47,112 nucleotides of DNA. Source: Escherichia phage e4/1c. This document shows, piece by piece, positions 9,617 through 18,602 of this stretch (the first letter of the stretch is position 1; every line of letters starts with the position of its first letter). Location: sequence record NC_024210.1; one strand, given 5' to 3'. The notes under the pieces are model-generated. The model saw only the letters and a list, made by a program, of their open reading frames with translations, made no database searches and had not been told where the DNA came from. The position numbers and the translations under genes were made by a program.

Positions 9617-9638
9617 GCCCTCTTCGGAGGGCTTTTTT
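9617..9638 (+). terminator. rho-independent terminator
   Basis: gccctc-ttcg-gagggc hairpin plus T6. Confidence 0.75.
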
Positions 9639-9702
9639 ACGCCTGTACGAAACCAAAACGATAGGTTATAATCACCACTAACAGATAACAAAGGAGATTA
9701 AA

Positions 9703-9948
9703 ATGATTCGTTTAGAACACACTGGCGCTTGCTTTATCATGATTGATGGTAAGGGTTATGTTCCAGGTGATTTTATTGAAACCAAAGTGCTTAGCGCTGG
9801 AATTAAACAGCTAATTGCAGAAGGCCGCCTCACTCTGGCTGATGACCCTAAGGAATCAAAAAAGATTGCTGAGGAGATTGCAAGTAAGCGCAAGCGCAAA
9901 GAACCGAAAACCATCTCCGAAGCTGAGACTGGTAACGAGTACAAATAA
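9703..9948 (+). CDS. hypothetical head/neck protein (81 aa)
   Basis: RBS AAGGAG; lysine-rich C-terminus; between MCP and connector genes. Confidence 0.45.
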   Translation: MIRLEHTGACFIMIDGKGYVPGDFIETKVLSAGIKQLIAEGRLTLADDPKESKKIAEEIASKRKRKEPKTISEAETGNEYK

Positions 9949-9991
9949 CAAACAGGGCGCTTCGGCGTCCTTTATTGTATGGAGATATCAA

Positions 9992-10393
9992 ATGAATGAA
10001 GAAGTAATTGCGTACATGCGCACGCTTTACCCTCCCCTTAAGAGTCAGCCAGATGATGTTCTTAACGCATGGATTGAGGTGGCTAAGCTTTTTATCTGTC
10101 TGGATAAGTTTGGCGACAAGCAGGTTCAGGCATTGGCATTCTACACGCTTCACTTGCTTAGCCAGGATATCGCACTTAATACTGAGAGCGATTCAAGCCA
10201 GACATCCTCTGAGCGGGTTAAGTCCTACTCACTTTCAGGCGAGTACACGATTAGCTATGATACCAGTACTGCTGCTGCGAGCTCATCTAACCTTGAAGCA
10301 TCCTCGTGGGGTAAGCTTTACATTGATTTGATGCGTCGCAAGGTTGGCCGCTGGGGTTTGATTACCTCTGGTGGGTCGAGGTGCTACCGATGA
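9992..10393 (+). CDS. putative head-tail connector (gp6-like adaptor)
   Basis: 133 aa from ATG 9992 (RBS GGAGAT); motif ALAFYTLHLL as in phage gp6-type head-tail connectors; gene order. Confidence 0.45.
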   Translation: MNEEVIAYMRTLYPPLKSQPDDVLNAWIEVAKLFICLDKFGDKQVQALAFYTLHLLSQDIALNTESDSSQTSSERVKSYSLSGEYTISYDTSTAAASSSNLEASSWGKLYIDLMRRKVGRWGLITSGGSRCYR

Positions 10394-10761
10394 ATCATGC
10401 ACTTTTGCAGCAGCAAATTAAGGCTGGTATTAATCTCCTGTCAGATGGTGATGGCGTTTTCGAAGCTACGACTCAACCAACCATCTCGATAGTAAATGGC
10501 TACGAAGTGCGCACGCCTGGCACTTCATACACAGTGCGAGGTGTTGTCCGTGAATTCAAGGCGCGAGACATTGACGGTGACATCATAAAATTCGGTGACC
10601 GTCGCGGAATTTTTACTGCTGATTCAGTTGTATCGGAAGGCGACCGCATCTACATTGACCAAGAAGCCTATACAGTCATCGACCCGCGACCAGTGAAGCC
10701 TACTGGAACTGTAATCGCATACAGGCCAGTATTGCGGAGGGCTGCAACTTATGGCCAATGA
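10390..10761 (+). CDS. putative head closure / head-tail joining protein
   Basis: ATGA overlap with upstream gene; gene order in neck module. Confidence 0.35.
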   Translation: MNHALLQQQIKAGINLLSDGDGVFEATTQPTISIVNGYEVRTPGTSYTVRGVVREFKARDIDGDIIKFGDRRGIFTADSVVSEGDRIYIDQEAYTVIDPRPVKPTGTVIAYRPVLRRAATYGQ

Positions 10762-11179
10762 CGTTGTTAGTTTCAGGAACTCAATTAACGCATGGATTGA
10801 TGGCGTCACTAATGGCGTAGAATTGATTGTGGAAGGTACATTAACTAAAGCAGCCAACGATATAGTTAAGCTATCTCCCGTTGATACGGGTCGATTCAGG
10901 GGCAACTGGCAGGCTACTGGCAATTCACCAGCCGCGCAGTCGCTGAATAGTTACGACACTGACGGCAGTGGGACCAGGAACTCTCTTCGCAGGCAAATCT
11001 ACGCACTAGCCAGGGATAACAATACGAACGTAATTTACATTACCAACCGTCTTGATTATGCGCAAGTTCTTGAGTTTGGTTCATCCAGTCAGGCACCTTC
11101 TGGTGTTCTTGGCGTTGTCCAGAAAAGGCTTGGTCGATATTTCGCCGAGGCGGTACAGGAGGCTAAACGTGCACTATGA
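10751..11179 (+). CDS. putative neck / tail completion protein
   Basis: 142 aa, overlaps previous gene; gene order. Confidence 0.35.
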   Translation: MANDVVSFRNSINAWIDGVTNGVELIVEGTLTKAANDIVKLSPVDTGRFRGNWQATGNSPAAQSLNSYDTDGSGTRNSLRRQIYALARDNNTNVIYITNRLDYAQVLEFGSSSQAPSGVLGVVQKRLGRYFAEAVQEAKRAL

Positions 11180-11180
11180 A

Positions 11181-11567
11181 ATGATGGTTGCAGCAAGAAA
11201 GCTTGTTAGCGATGCAGCAGTTGATATTGCTGGCAGTATACCCGTGGCTTACGAGAACTGCGGATTCACACCGCCTAAAAACGGAAGTTCATGGCTTAAG
11301 TTTGATTACACGGAGGTTGATAGTGTGACATGGGGATTGCAGCGAACATGCAGGTATTACGTAGGCATGGTTCAGGTCTCTATATTCTTTTCACCAGGTG
11401 AGGGGACTGATAGGCCTCGCCAATTGGCTGGGCGATTGTCAGAAGCTTTCGCCGATGGTACAATGCTTGACAGCGGATACATTTATGAAGGCGGATCCGT
11501 ATTTCCTCCAGTGAAATCGCAATCCGGCTGGTTCATTCCTGTCCGATTCTACGTACGTATGGATTAA
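11181..11567 (+). CDS. putative tail terminator protein
   Basis: 128 aa from ATG 11181, 1 nt after upstream stop; immediately precedes major tail protein. Confidence 0.3.
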   Translation: MMVAARKLVSDAAVDIAGSIPVAYENCGFTPPKNGSSWLKFDYTEVDSVTWGLQRTCRYYVGMVQVSIFFSPGEGTDRPRQLAGRLSEAFADGTMLDSGYIYEGGSVFPPVKSQSGWFIPVRFYVRMD

Positions 11568-11581
11568 TTAAGGAGATTTAC

Positions 11582-12232
11582 ATGGCCCATCTCAGCAATG
11601 GCACACAAATTTTTTTGCAAGGCTCTAAATCTGAATCGGTAGCCGTAACGGCTATCACTAACGCAGCTCAGCCAGTTATGACGGTAGCTGACGCTTCAAC
11701 TTTCGCAGCTGGTGACTTCATTGTTGTTGAGTCATCTTCATGGTCTAAACTTTCAGAGAAACAGTTGCGAGTAGTGACATCAACGGCTACAACAATTACC
11801 GTTGAAGGCATTGACACTACTGACCCGCTTCAGTTCCCAGCTGGCGGAACGGCATCGATCTACAAGGTTCTTACCTGGTATGAAATGCCTTGTGTTCAAG
11901 ACGTTTCAACTGATGGCGGAGAGCAGCAGTTCGTTACTTATCAGTGCCTGGCTGATGACCGTGAGCAGCAGATTCCAACCTATAAGTCAGCGGTAAACAC
12001 GACCTATACGTTTGCTCACGAGTTCACCAACCCGATCTACCCGGTACTCCGTAACTACGACGAGTCTGGCGCGCTGATTGCGATTCGTGCATACGTTCCT
12101 AAAGCTGGCGAAGTTCGCCTTTGGACTGGCACTATCGCGTTTAACGAAACTCCAAACGTTTCCGTTAACGAGATCGAAACTGTATCCGTAGCAATTACGG
12201 TACGTGGACGCTACAGCTTCCTGGCTGCATAA
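11582..12232 (+). CDS. major tail protein
   Basis: 216 aa, RBS AAGGAG, followed by strong terminator then chaperone and tape measure genes. Confidence 0.55.
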   Translation: MAHLSNGTQIFLQGSKSESVAVTAITNAAQPVMTVADASTFAAGDFIVVESSSWSKLSEKQLRVVTSTATTITVEGIDTTDPLQFPAGGTASIYKVLTWYEMPCVQDVSTDGGEQQFVTYQCLADDREQQIPTYKSAVNTTYTFAHEFTNPIYPVLRNYDESGALIAIRAYVPKAGEVRLWTGTIAFNETPNVSVNEIETVSVAITVRGRYSFLAA

Positions 12233-12239
12233 CAATCAA

Positions 12240-12262
12240 GCCCCTTCACAGGGGCTTTTTTT
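12240..12262 (+). terminator. rho-independent terminator
   Basis: gcccc-ttcaca-ggggc plus T7; followed by TGnTATAAT at 12264-12272. Confidence 0.7.
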
Positions 12263-12305
12263 ATGTTATAATTTCAACTCAAACAAACACGAGAGGATTA
12301 TTTAA

Positions 12306-12620
12306 ATGGCGAAATTCAAATTAAAATTAGGCGCGCTCCCTGATTTCAAGCTTCCGGTTAAGTTCCAGATGATCAACGGCGAGGAAGCTGAGGTTATCTT
12401 CAATGCCAAGCACCGTAAGGCTAAGGAGATTCAGGAAGTATTCCAGACCGAAGGCCTTAAGGATTTTGACTTTGTTAAAGAGATTTGCAGCGGCTGGAAC
12501 CTTGAAGAAGAATTTAACGACGAGAACATCGAAGAGCTGGTATCTCTGTTCCCCGCATCCGTTCTGGCACTGACTAATGCTTACATGCAAGCTCTGGCGG
12601 GCCAGCGCGCAAAGGTCTAA
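12306..12620 (+). CDS. tail assembly chaperone (lambda G-like)
   Basis: 104 aa acidic protein directly upstream of tape measure gene. Confidence 0.5.
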   Translation: MAKFKLKLGALPDFKLPVKFQMINGEEAEVIFNAKHRKAKEIQEVFQTEGLKDFDFVKEICSGWNLEEEFNDENIEELVSLFPASVLALTNAYMQALAGQRAKV

Positions 12621-12682
12621 AGCGCGCAGTATATCTACAGTATCAAAGAGAGCCAACGGACGCCGAACTTGAAGCTATTGGA

Positions 12683-12937
12683 ATGCGGCGTTCCGATTAC
12701 GAAGATGAGGAGCCAGAGGAGTTACACTTCGATGATGACATGATGCTGGCATGGACTGTTTATCAGGCAGCTTCAACTCAATGGCGTGTAGGTATGAACG
12801 GCGCTACCGGAATAGATTATTCAGTACTCCCTTTCCTCTTTGATGTGTATAATGTCAAGGACAAAGAGATGACTTTAAATGACTTGCGAATACTGGAGTG
12901 CAAAGCACTTGAGATGATGCAAGTAAGGCAAAAATAA
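12683..12937 (+). CDS. tail assembly chaperone T-like segment (-1 frame relative to G-like ORF)
   Basis: frame is open from 12578 (overlapping end of G-like ORF) to 12937 in the -1 frame, as in lambda G/GT; no canonical slippery heptamer identified. Confidence 0.35.
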   Translation: MRRSDYEDEEPEELHFDDDMMLAWTVYQAASTQWRVGMNGATGIDYSVLPFLFDVYNVKDKEMTLNDLRILECKALEMMQVRQK

Positions 12938-12960
12938 CCTCCCTTTGTGGAGGTTTTTTT
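12938..12960 (+). terminator. hairpin plus T-run (attenuator-like) before tape measure gene
   Basis: cctcc-ctttgt-ggagg plus T7. Confidence 0.5.
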
Positions 12961-12971
12961 ATGGAGGTTAC

Positions 12972-15900
12972 ATGGCAGAATTTGCAGGTATCACACTTGG
13001 CGTTGACGTTCGCCAGGTTGACCAGGGCATAAAGTCCCTGCAAGAATTTAAACGTGCCAATGAACAGGCGGCAGCTGGAGTTAGCGAGTTCGTTAACGCT
13101 GAGCTGGTTGCGAAGAATCAGGCTCGCGACACTGCAAGGTATCTTTCTGAGCAGAGAAGTGCTTTTCAGTCGCTTCAGTCGGCAATTGATCCAACAGCTT
13201 CGAAATTGCGAAAACTTCAAGATGCAGCAAGTTCTCTTGATAGGGCCTTCTCCGCAGGGGTTGTTCCAGAGGCTGAGTTTTACAGGCTTGGTGAAGCATT
13301 AGAAACGCAAACAAATAGGTTAATAAGGTCTAGGTCAGCATTAACTGAGGAGGGTAGGGCGGCTATAGAAGCTGCAAAAAATAAAGAGTCCGCTGAGAGG
13401 CAAGCGCAATCATTTATTAGGTCGCTTCAAGCGCAGGCTGACGCAGCGACATTAAGTAGGGATGAGTTCTTAAAGTTAAGGGCGGCACAGCTTGGAGTTA
13501 GCGATCAGGCAGCACCAATAATAGATAGAATAACACAGGCATCAAGTAACAATACTAACGCTATAGCCAATCAAAGTAGGGCGTTTCAGGCGGCTGGGAT
13601 ATCGGCAGGTCAGTACAATCAGGCTTTAAGGTTCCTTCCTGTACAGATCAATGATATCACCAGCTCGATTGCTAACGGTATGCCTTTATTTATGGTGCTT
13701 ACCCAGCAAATACCGCAGATTACAGATTCATTTGGTGGATTTTCAAATACATTATCAGCTGCGCAAGGTGCAGTTATAGATTATGTATCATCAATAGGCG
13801 AGCTGAGAAGTTCATTTGCTGATGTTAGGACTCTTGGTAATGATGCTATCTTAAGGTTTGGTCGTGCTGCAACTATATTTGGTGGCGCGATAGTTGCTTC
13901 ATTAGCTGTTCTTGGTAAAGCCGCTTACGACTCATTTATTGAGGTTAGGCAACTTAATAACGCAATAATTGAAACTGGAAGGTCGTCGACTTTATCAGTT
14001 GCCGCTATCAAGGATTACGCTGATCAGCTAAATGAAACATCAAGGGCAACAAAAGGTTCTATTGGTGACATTTACCAGTCGCTAGTATCAAACGGAAGGC
14101 TTACTGTTAGTCAGATTAACTTAATCGCTAAGTCTGTTGCTAACCTTTCAGCTGTTAGTTCAAGGTCTGCGGAATCAATAATATCTGACTTTGATAAGAT
14201 AGCAAAAGATCCAGTTAAGGGGCTGATAGAGTTAGATAAGCAATTTAACTTTCTTAGCGAAGGGCAGTTGACCCTAGTTAACAACCTAAAAGAAACGGAA
14301 GGGCAAACAGCAGCAGTAACAGCAGCTTTAGAAATATTTGCAGCTAGAAATGAGTCAGTTACAAAGCAGATTGAAGGCTCGCTTACACCTCTTGAATTGG
14401 CTTGGGGCGATTTCCGTAAGTTCGTTTCAGACACATGGGATGCTATAGGTGACAGGACTATAGGAGCTCTAAACCTATTTACTGACGTCATAGCTGCGAC
14501 TATTGAGCAAATAAGACTGATAATTGGCACTGGCGACAAGCTAATAAATGATTTCGTAATACGCGGGATAGAGGCTTTACAAAAGATACCAGGAGCATCT
14601 GGCGTTGGTAATGGAATAGCCGAACAACTAAGGAAGGATAATGACGCAATAGAAAAGGAAAACATAAGGCTAGCTAAATCTATCGCTGATAGGGATGCAA
14701 GGGTTCGCAGGGGTGAGACTGGTTACTTGAGTGTTGGAGAGGGTTCAGAAAGTCAAACTGGAACTTCTGATAGAGATTCAGAATCAAGAAGAAAGGCTTT
14801 GGCCGATGAGATTAAAGCAATTGAGGAGAGAAGTAAAAAGACAAAATCTGGAGCAAAAGAAGAGAGGGATTTGACTATAAGTTATGAGTCTGGCGTTCTA
14901 GCTCTGCAGGCTCAGCTTAAGGTTCTTCAGGAACACCGCCAGATTATTGATGTTATCAGTAACGAACGCAAGCAGCTTTTTGCGGAGGAAGCTAAGTTTG
15001 CAATCCTTAATGAAAGGCTTGCAGACGGAACCATCACAAAGCAACAGCGATCATTACTGTTGCAGCAGGATAAAATCTTAGGACTTGCTCGCGAGAAGGC
15101 TGAGATTGGCGACCAGATTGTGCTGCAAGAAAGGGCCAATAAACTGCTTGATGACAACATCAAGAAGACTCGCCAGATCAACGCTGAAGCGGCATCAATT
15201 AGTGTTGGAGCAGGATTATCTCAGCGCGAAGCGGAAAGGCGGCGTGAGTTGGCGGCGCTAGAAGCCCAGCAAATTTCTAAAGGTGGCTCCGTAGATGACA
15301 CTGACTTCCAGGCTTTACTTCAGGCTCGTCAGAATTTCTACAATCAGGAAGATGCATTGCGTGGTAACTGGCTGGCTGGCGTTAAATCTGCGTTTGCTGA
15401 GACGGCTGATGAATTGGCAAAATTCAATCAGATTGGTTCCGAGCTAGCCATGAGTGCCTTTAACGGATTGACTGACCAGATAACAAACCTGGTAACTACT
15501 GGAGAGGCTAGCTTCCGTGAGTTTACCGCATCGATTCTGAAGCAGATTGCACGCATTGCAACGCAGCTACTTTTAATTAAGGCGATTGAATCAACCATCT
15601 CCAGTTTTGGCGGTAGTGGTGGTGCAATTGGCTCTATTGGTAGCGCATTTGGTTTCGCTTCTGGCGGTTATACTGGAAACGGTGGTAAGTACGAGCCAGC
15701 TGGCACGGTGCATAAAGGTGAATTCGTCTTTACGAAGGAGGCAACCTCAAGGATTGGCGTTGATAACCTTTATAAGTTAATGCGCGGGTACGCAAACGGC
15801 GGCGTGGTTGGTTCCGGTCCTGGCTATGCAACTGGTGGGCTTGTTGGTGGGAGTAACGTTAACGTTGGTGGTGTGAATGTTACCGTTCAGACGGGTCTTG

Positions 15901-16025
15901 GCGGCGGTGGCGGTAATGACGCTAAACAGTTAGAATCAGGCATCAGGGTTATCATTGCGGAAGAGATTACTCAATCCTTCCAGCAGGGCGGAACGGCTTA
16001 CCAGTTCTTGCGCGGTTACAGTTAA
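12972..16025 (+). CDS. tail tape measure protein
   Basis: about 1017 aa from ATG 12972 (RBS GGAGG); long alpha-helical coiled-coil content, Gly-rich C-terminus; position before minor tail genes. Confidence 0.85.
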   Translation: MAEFAGITLGVDVRQVDQGIKSLQEFKRANEQAAAGVSEFVNAELVAKNQARDTARYLSEQRSAFQSLQSAIDPTASKLRKLQDAASSLDRAFSAGVVPEAEFYRLGEALETQTNRLIRSRSALTEEGRAAIEAAKNKESAERQAQSFIRSLQAQADAATLSRDEFLKLRAAQLGVSDQAAPIIDRITQASSNNTNAIANQSRAFQAAGISAGQYNQALRFLPVQINDITSSIANGMPLFMVLTQQIPQITDSFGGFSNTLSAAQGAVIDYVSSIGELRSSFADVRTLGNDAILRFGRAATIFGGAIVASLAVLGKAAYDSFIEVRQLNNAIIETGRSSTLSVAAIKDYADQLNETSRATKGSIGDIYQSLVSNGRLTVSQINLIAKSVANLSAVSSRSAESIISDFDKIAKDPVKGLIELDKQFNFLSEGQLTLVNNLKETEGQTAAVTAALEIFAARNESVTKQIEGSLTPLELAWGDFRKFVSDTWDAIGDRTIGALNLFTDVIAATIEQIRLIIGTGDKLINDFVIRGIEALQKIPGASGVGNGIAEQLRKDNDAIEKENIRLAKSIADRDARVRRGETGYLSVGEGSESQTGTSDRDSESRRKALADEIKAIEERSKKTKSGAKEERDLTISYESGVLALQAQLKVLQEHRQIIDVISNERKQLFAEEAKFAILNERLADGTITKQQRSLLLQQDKILGLAREKAEIGDQIVLQERANKLLDDNIKKTRQINAEAASISVGAGLSQREAERRRELAALEAQQISKGGSVDDTDFQALLQARQNFYNQEDALRGNWLAGVKSAFAETADELAKFNQIGSELAMSAFNGLTDQITNLVTTGEASFREFTASILKQIARIATQLLLIKAIESTISSFGGSGGAIGSIGSAFGFASGGYTGNGGKYEPAGTVHKGEFVFTKEATSRIGVDNLYKLMRGYANGGVVGSGPGYATGGLVGGSNVNVGGVNVTVQTGLGGGGGNDAKQLESGIRVIIAEEITQSFQQGGTAYQFLRGYS

Positions 16026-16056
16026 TAAATGGGGCTTCGGCCCCTAAGGATTTTAA

Positions 16057-16407
16057 ATGGCATTAGATACTTTTACTTTTTGTACGCAGGTTCAGAATGG
16101 TGGCGGCTCATTTACCAACGCAAGCAATGTAAGGAGTGTTTCATTCGGTAATGGCTACACCCAAATTGGTACCGGAGGCTACAGAACCAACACGCGCACT
16201 TACAACATGACCTACACCAACACTAACTGGAAGGAAGTGTTAGATTTCTGTTTTGCACATATCATTACCCCTTTTGCCTGGACAACTCCACAGGGTGAGC
16301 TCAAGCTGTTTGTTGTAGCTCAAGATAGCATTAGCGTCACACCGAACACTAAAGAGGTACAGACTGTATCAATGCAGTTTACCGAAGTTTTTACTAGCAT
16401 GACATAA
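16057..16407 (+). CDS. minor tail protein (lambda M-like)
   Basis: 116 aa, first gene after tape measure; lambda-like order M-L-K-I-J. Confidence 0.55.
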   Translation: MALDTFTFCTQVQNGGGSFTNASNVRSVSFGNGYTQIGTGGYRTNTRTYNMTYTNTNWKEVLDFCFAHIITPFAWTTPQGELKLFVVAQDSISVTPNTKEVQTVSMQFTEVFTSMT

Positions 16408-16418
16408 AGTGTTAATAT

Positions 16419-16440
16419 GGGCCCTACGGGGCCCTTTTTA
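16419..16440 (+). terminator. rho-independent terminator/attenuator
   Basis: gggccc-tacg-gggccc plus T5. Confidence 0.6.
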
Positions 16441-16453
16441 TTGGAGAAATATC

Positions 16454-17218
16454 ATGGCAACGCCATTAAGCACTAAGTTTGAGAATCAATTACAAAGCTT
16501 GTTCCCTGGTGAGGTCGTTACACTAATTGAAGTTGACGGCAGCAAGTTTTCGGCACCAACATATCGCTTCCACGGAGAGAACATTAGCTACACAACAGAA
16601 GAAATAATGATGTCTCAGTCAACTGGACAGCCGCTACCAGCAAAGACAATCACTTTCCGCGGCGAAGAGTACGGTGCAAGGCCTTTCGGTATTCAGGGAA
16701 TTAACATGACTTCAGACGGTAAGGCAAACAAGGTAACACTGGTTGTATCCAACGTTGACCAAAACATCTCGGCTCTTATCCGCACTTACAACGGTCTTGT
16801 TCAGGCTAAGGTTACTATCTGGATCACCCTTCGCGAGAATATTAACGAAGATGGCACCATTGCTGATGGGGATTACCGCAAGTTGGTTTACTTCATTGAG
16901 CGACCTAAGCAGGTTGACTACAACACGGCCTCATTTGAATTAACCAGCCCAATGGATATGGATGGTATTTATATTCCGGCCAGACTTGTTCAGTCAGTTT
17001 GTTATTGGGCTCAGCGCAATCAGTACCGATCAGGGAATGGATGTAACTATATGGGTGATAGATACTTCGACAAGGACAACAATCCTGTTAGCGACCCATC
17101 CCAAGACTTCTGTGCCGGAACGGTGACGGCCTGCAAGTTAAGGTTTGGCGCTAACAATCAATTAGACTTTGGCGGTTGTGCTGCTGCAAGCCTGCAAGCT
17201 AAAGCCAACCAAAACTAA
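16454..17218 (+). CDS. minor tail protein (lambda L-like)
   Basis: 254 aa from ATG 16454; conserved Cys cluster near C-terminus; gene order. Confidence 0.6.
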   Translation: MATPLSTKFENQLQSLFPGEVVTLIEVDGSKFSAPTYRFHGENISYTTEEIMMSQSTGQPLPAKTITFRGEEYGARPFGIQGINMTSDGKANKVTLVVSNVDQNISALIRTYNGLVQAKVTIWITLRENINEDGTIADGDYRKLVYFIERPKQVDYNTASFELTSPMDMDGIYIPARLVQSVCYWAQRNQYRSGNGCNYMGDRYFDKDNNPVSDPSQDFCAGTVTACKLRFGANNQLDFGGCAAASLQAKANQN

Positions 17219-17228
17219 GGAGAGGCTA

Positions 17229-17975
17229 ATGTTAACGCCTAAAGTTAAGATCGAAATATTTCGCCACGCCAACGAGGTTTACCCGCAAGAATCTTGCGGG
17301 GTTGTAACTCAGAAGGGGATGGCGCAGAAGTATCACAGGATTACAAACGTATCCAAAACACCAGAGCAATCATTCATTCTTAACCCAATGGAATTAATTG
17401 AGATTTCTGACAATGAAAGCATTGTTTATGTTGTACATTCACATACTGGTGATGGTGCTACTACTAGGCCAAGCGCGGCTGATATTTGTAGCTGCAATGA
17501 GTGCGAGCTGCCTTATGTTATTGTTTCTGTACCTGAAGGGGACTTACGGATTATTCAGCCAGAAAAGATGCCGCTTGCTGGTCGCCCATGGGGTCTTGGC
17601 AGCTTCGACTGCTGGGGTTTGGTTATGGAATTTCACAAGCTAAACGGCGTTAAGCTTAACGATTATCGCGTAGATTATCAGTGGTGGACCAATGAATACC
17701 CTGACAATATCTACGATGATAATTGGGAGTTAGAAGGGTTTGAATTAGTCAGAAGCAATGATATTCCAATTGGCTCAATGGTTATGATGCAGATTCAGAG
17801 CGAGAAGACCAACCACGCCGCCATCTACATTGGTAACAATAAAATACTACACCATTTATATGGTAAGATGAGTAAGGTTGATTTGTACGGCGATTACTAT
17901 CGTGAGCGGACTGTACGAATCGTAAGGCATAAAGATTTACCGGAGGATGCGGGTTATGACCCAGAACGTGATTGA
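17229..17975 (+). CDS. tail assembly protein K-like (MPN/JAMM plus NlpC/P60 domains)
   Basis: VVHSHTGDGATTRPSAADI (HxH...S..D metalloprotease-like) and FDCWGLV ... NHAAIYIG (Cys/His papain-like). Confidence 0.7.
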   Translation: MLTPKVKIEIFRHANEVYPQESCGVVTQKGMAQKYHRITNVSKTPEQSFILNPMELIEISDNESIVYVVHSHTGDGATTRPSAADICSCNECELPYVIVSVPEGDLRIIQPEKMPLAGRPWGLGSFDCWGLVMEFHKLNGVKLNDYRVDYQWWTNEYPDNIYDDNWELEGFELVRSNDIPIGSMVMMQIQSEKTNHAAIYIGNNKILHHLYGKMSKVDLYGDYYRERTVRIVRHKDLPEDAGYDPERD

Positions 17976-18522
17976 TGTTAAGTTGGGATTAGGTTTAGGA
18001 AGGAAGTTTGGAAAGCTACATAAACTGTGCGTTAAGACAGTTCCAGAGGCAATGCGAGCTCTCTCTGTAAACATCCCTGAATTTAAGGAATTCATGCGTA
18101 GCCATGTAGGCCAGAACACAAGGTTTGCTGTATTCGTTGACGGCAAGAATGTTAACGAACACAAGATTAATGACCTGGAAACTGTCCGTGAAATTAGGAT
18201 CATGCCAATCCCACAGGGTAGAAAATCAGGTGGATTATTCCAGACAATCCTAGGCGGCGTTCTACTTGTGGCATCTTACTTCTTCCCCGTTCTTTTGCCA
18301 GTGGCTGTAGGCCTTCTTGCTGGTGGCGTAGCTCAGTTATTGGCACCGCAAGCAACAGGATTGAATGACCAGGCATCACAAACAAGCAACCGAGCTTCAT
18401 ACGCATTTGGCTCAGCAGTAAACACCATTGCTGCTGGCAACCCTGTTTGCTTACCATATGGGTATAGAACTGTTGGTGGTGCTGTATTTTCGGCAGGCTC
18501 ATATTCCGAGGACATTAGTTAA
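17956..18522 (+). CDS. tail assembly protein I-like
   Basis: overlaps K-like gene; hydrophobic C-terminal half; gene order. Confidence 0.55.
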   Translation: MTQNVIDVKLGLGLGRKFGKLHKLCVKTVPEAMRALSVNIPEFKEFMRSHVGQNTRFAVFVDGKNVNEHKINDLETVREIRIMPIPQGRKSGGLFQTILGGVLLVASYFFPVLLPVAVGLLAGGVAQLLAPQATGLNDQASQTSNRASYAFGSAVNTIAAGNPVCLPYGYRTVGGAVFSAGSYSEDIS

Positions 18523-18529
18523 AATCACA

Positions 18530-18552
18530 ACCCGCCTAGTGCGGGTTTTTTA
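18530..18552 (+). terminator. rho-independent terminator
   Basis: cccgc-ctagt-gcggg plus T6. Confidence 0.7.
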
Positions 18553-18602
18553 TTTAGTGTAGAATGGCATAAATGGTTAAACAAACAACGAGGTTATATG
18601 AT

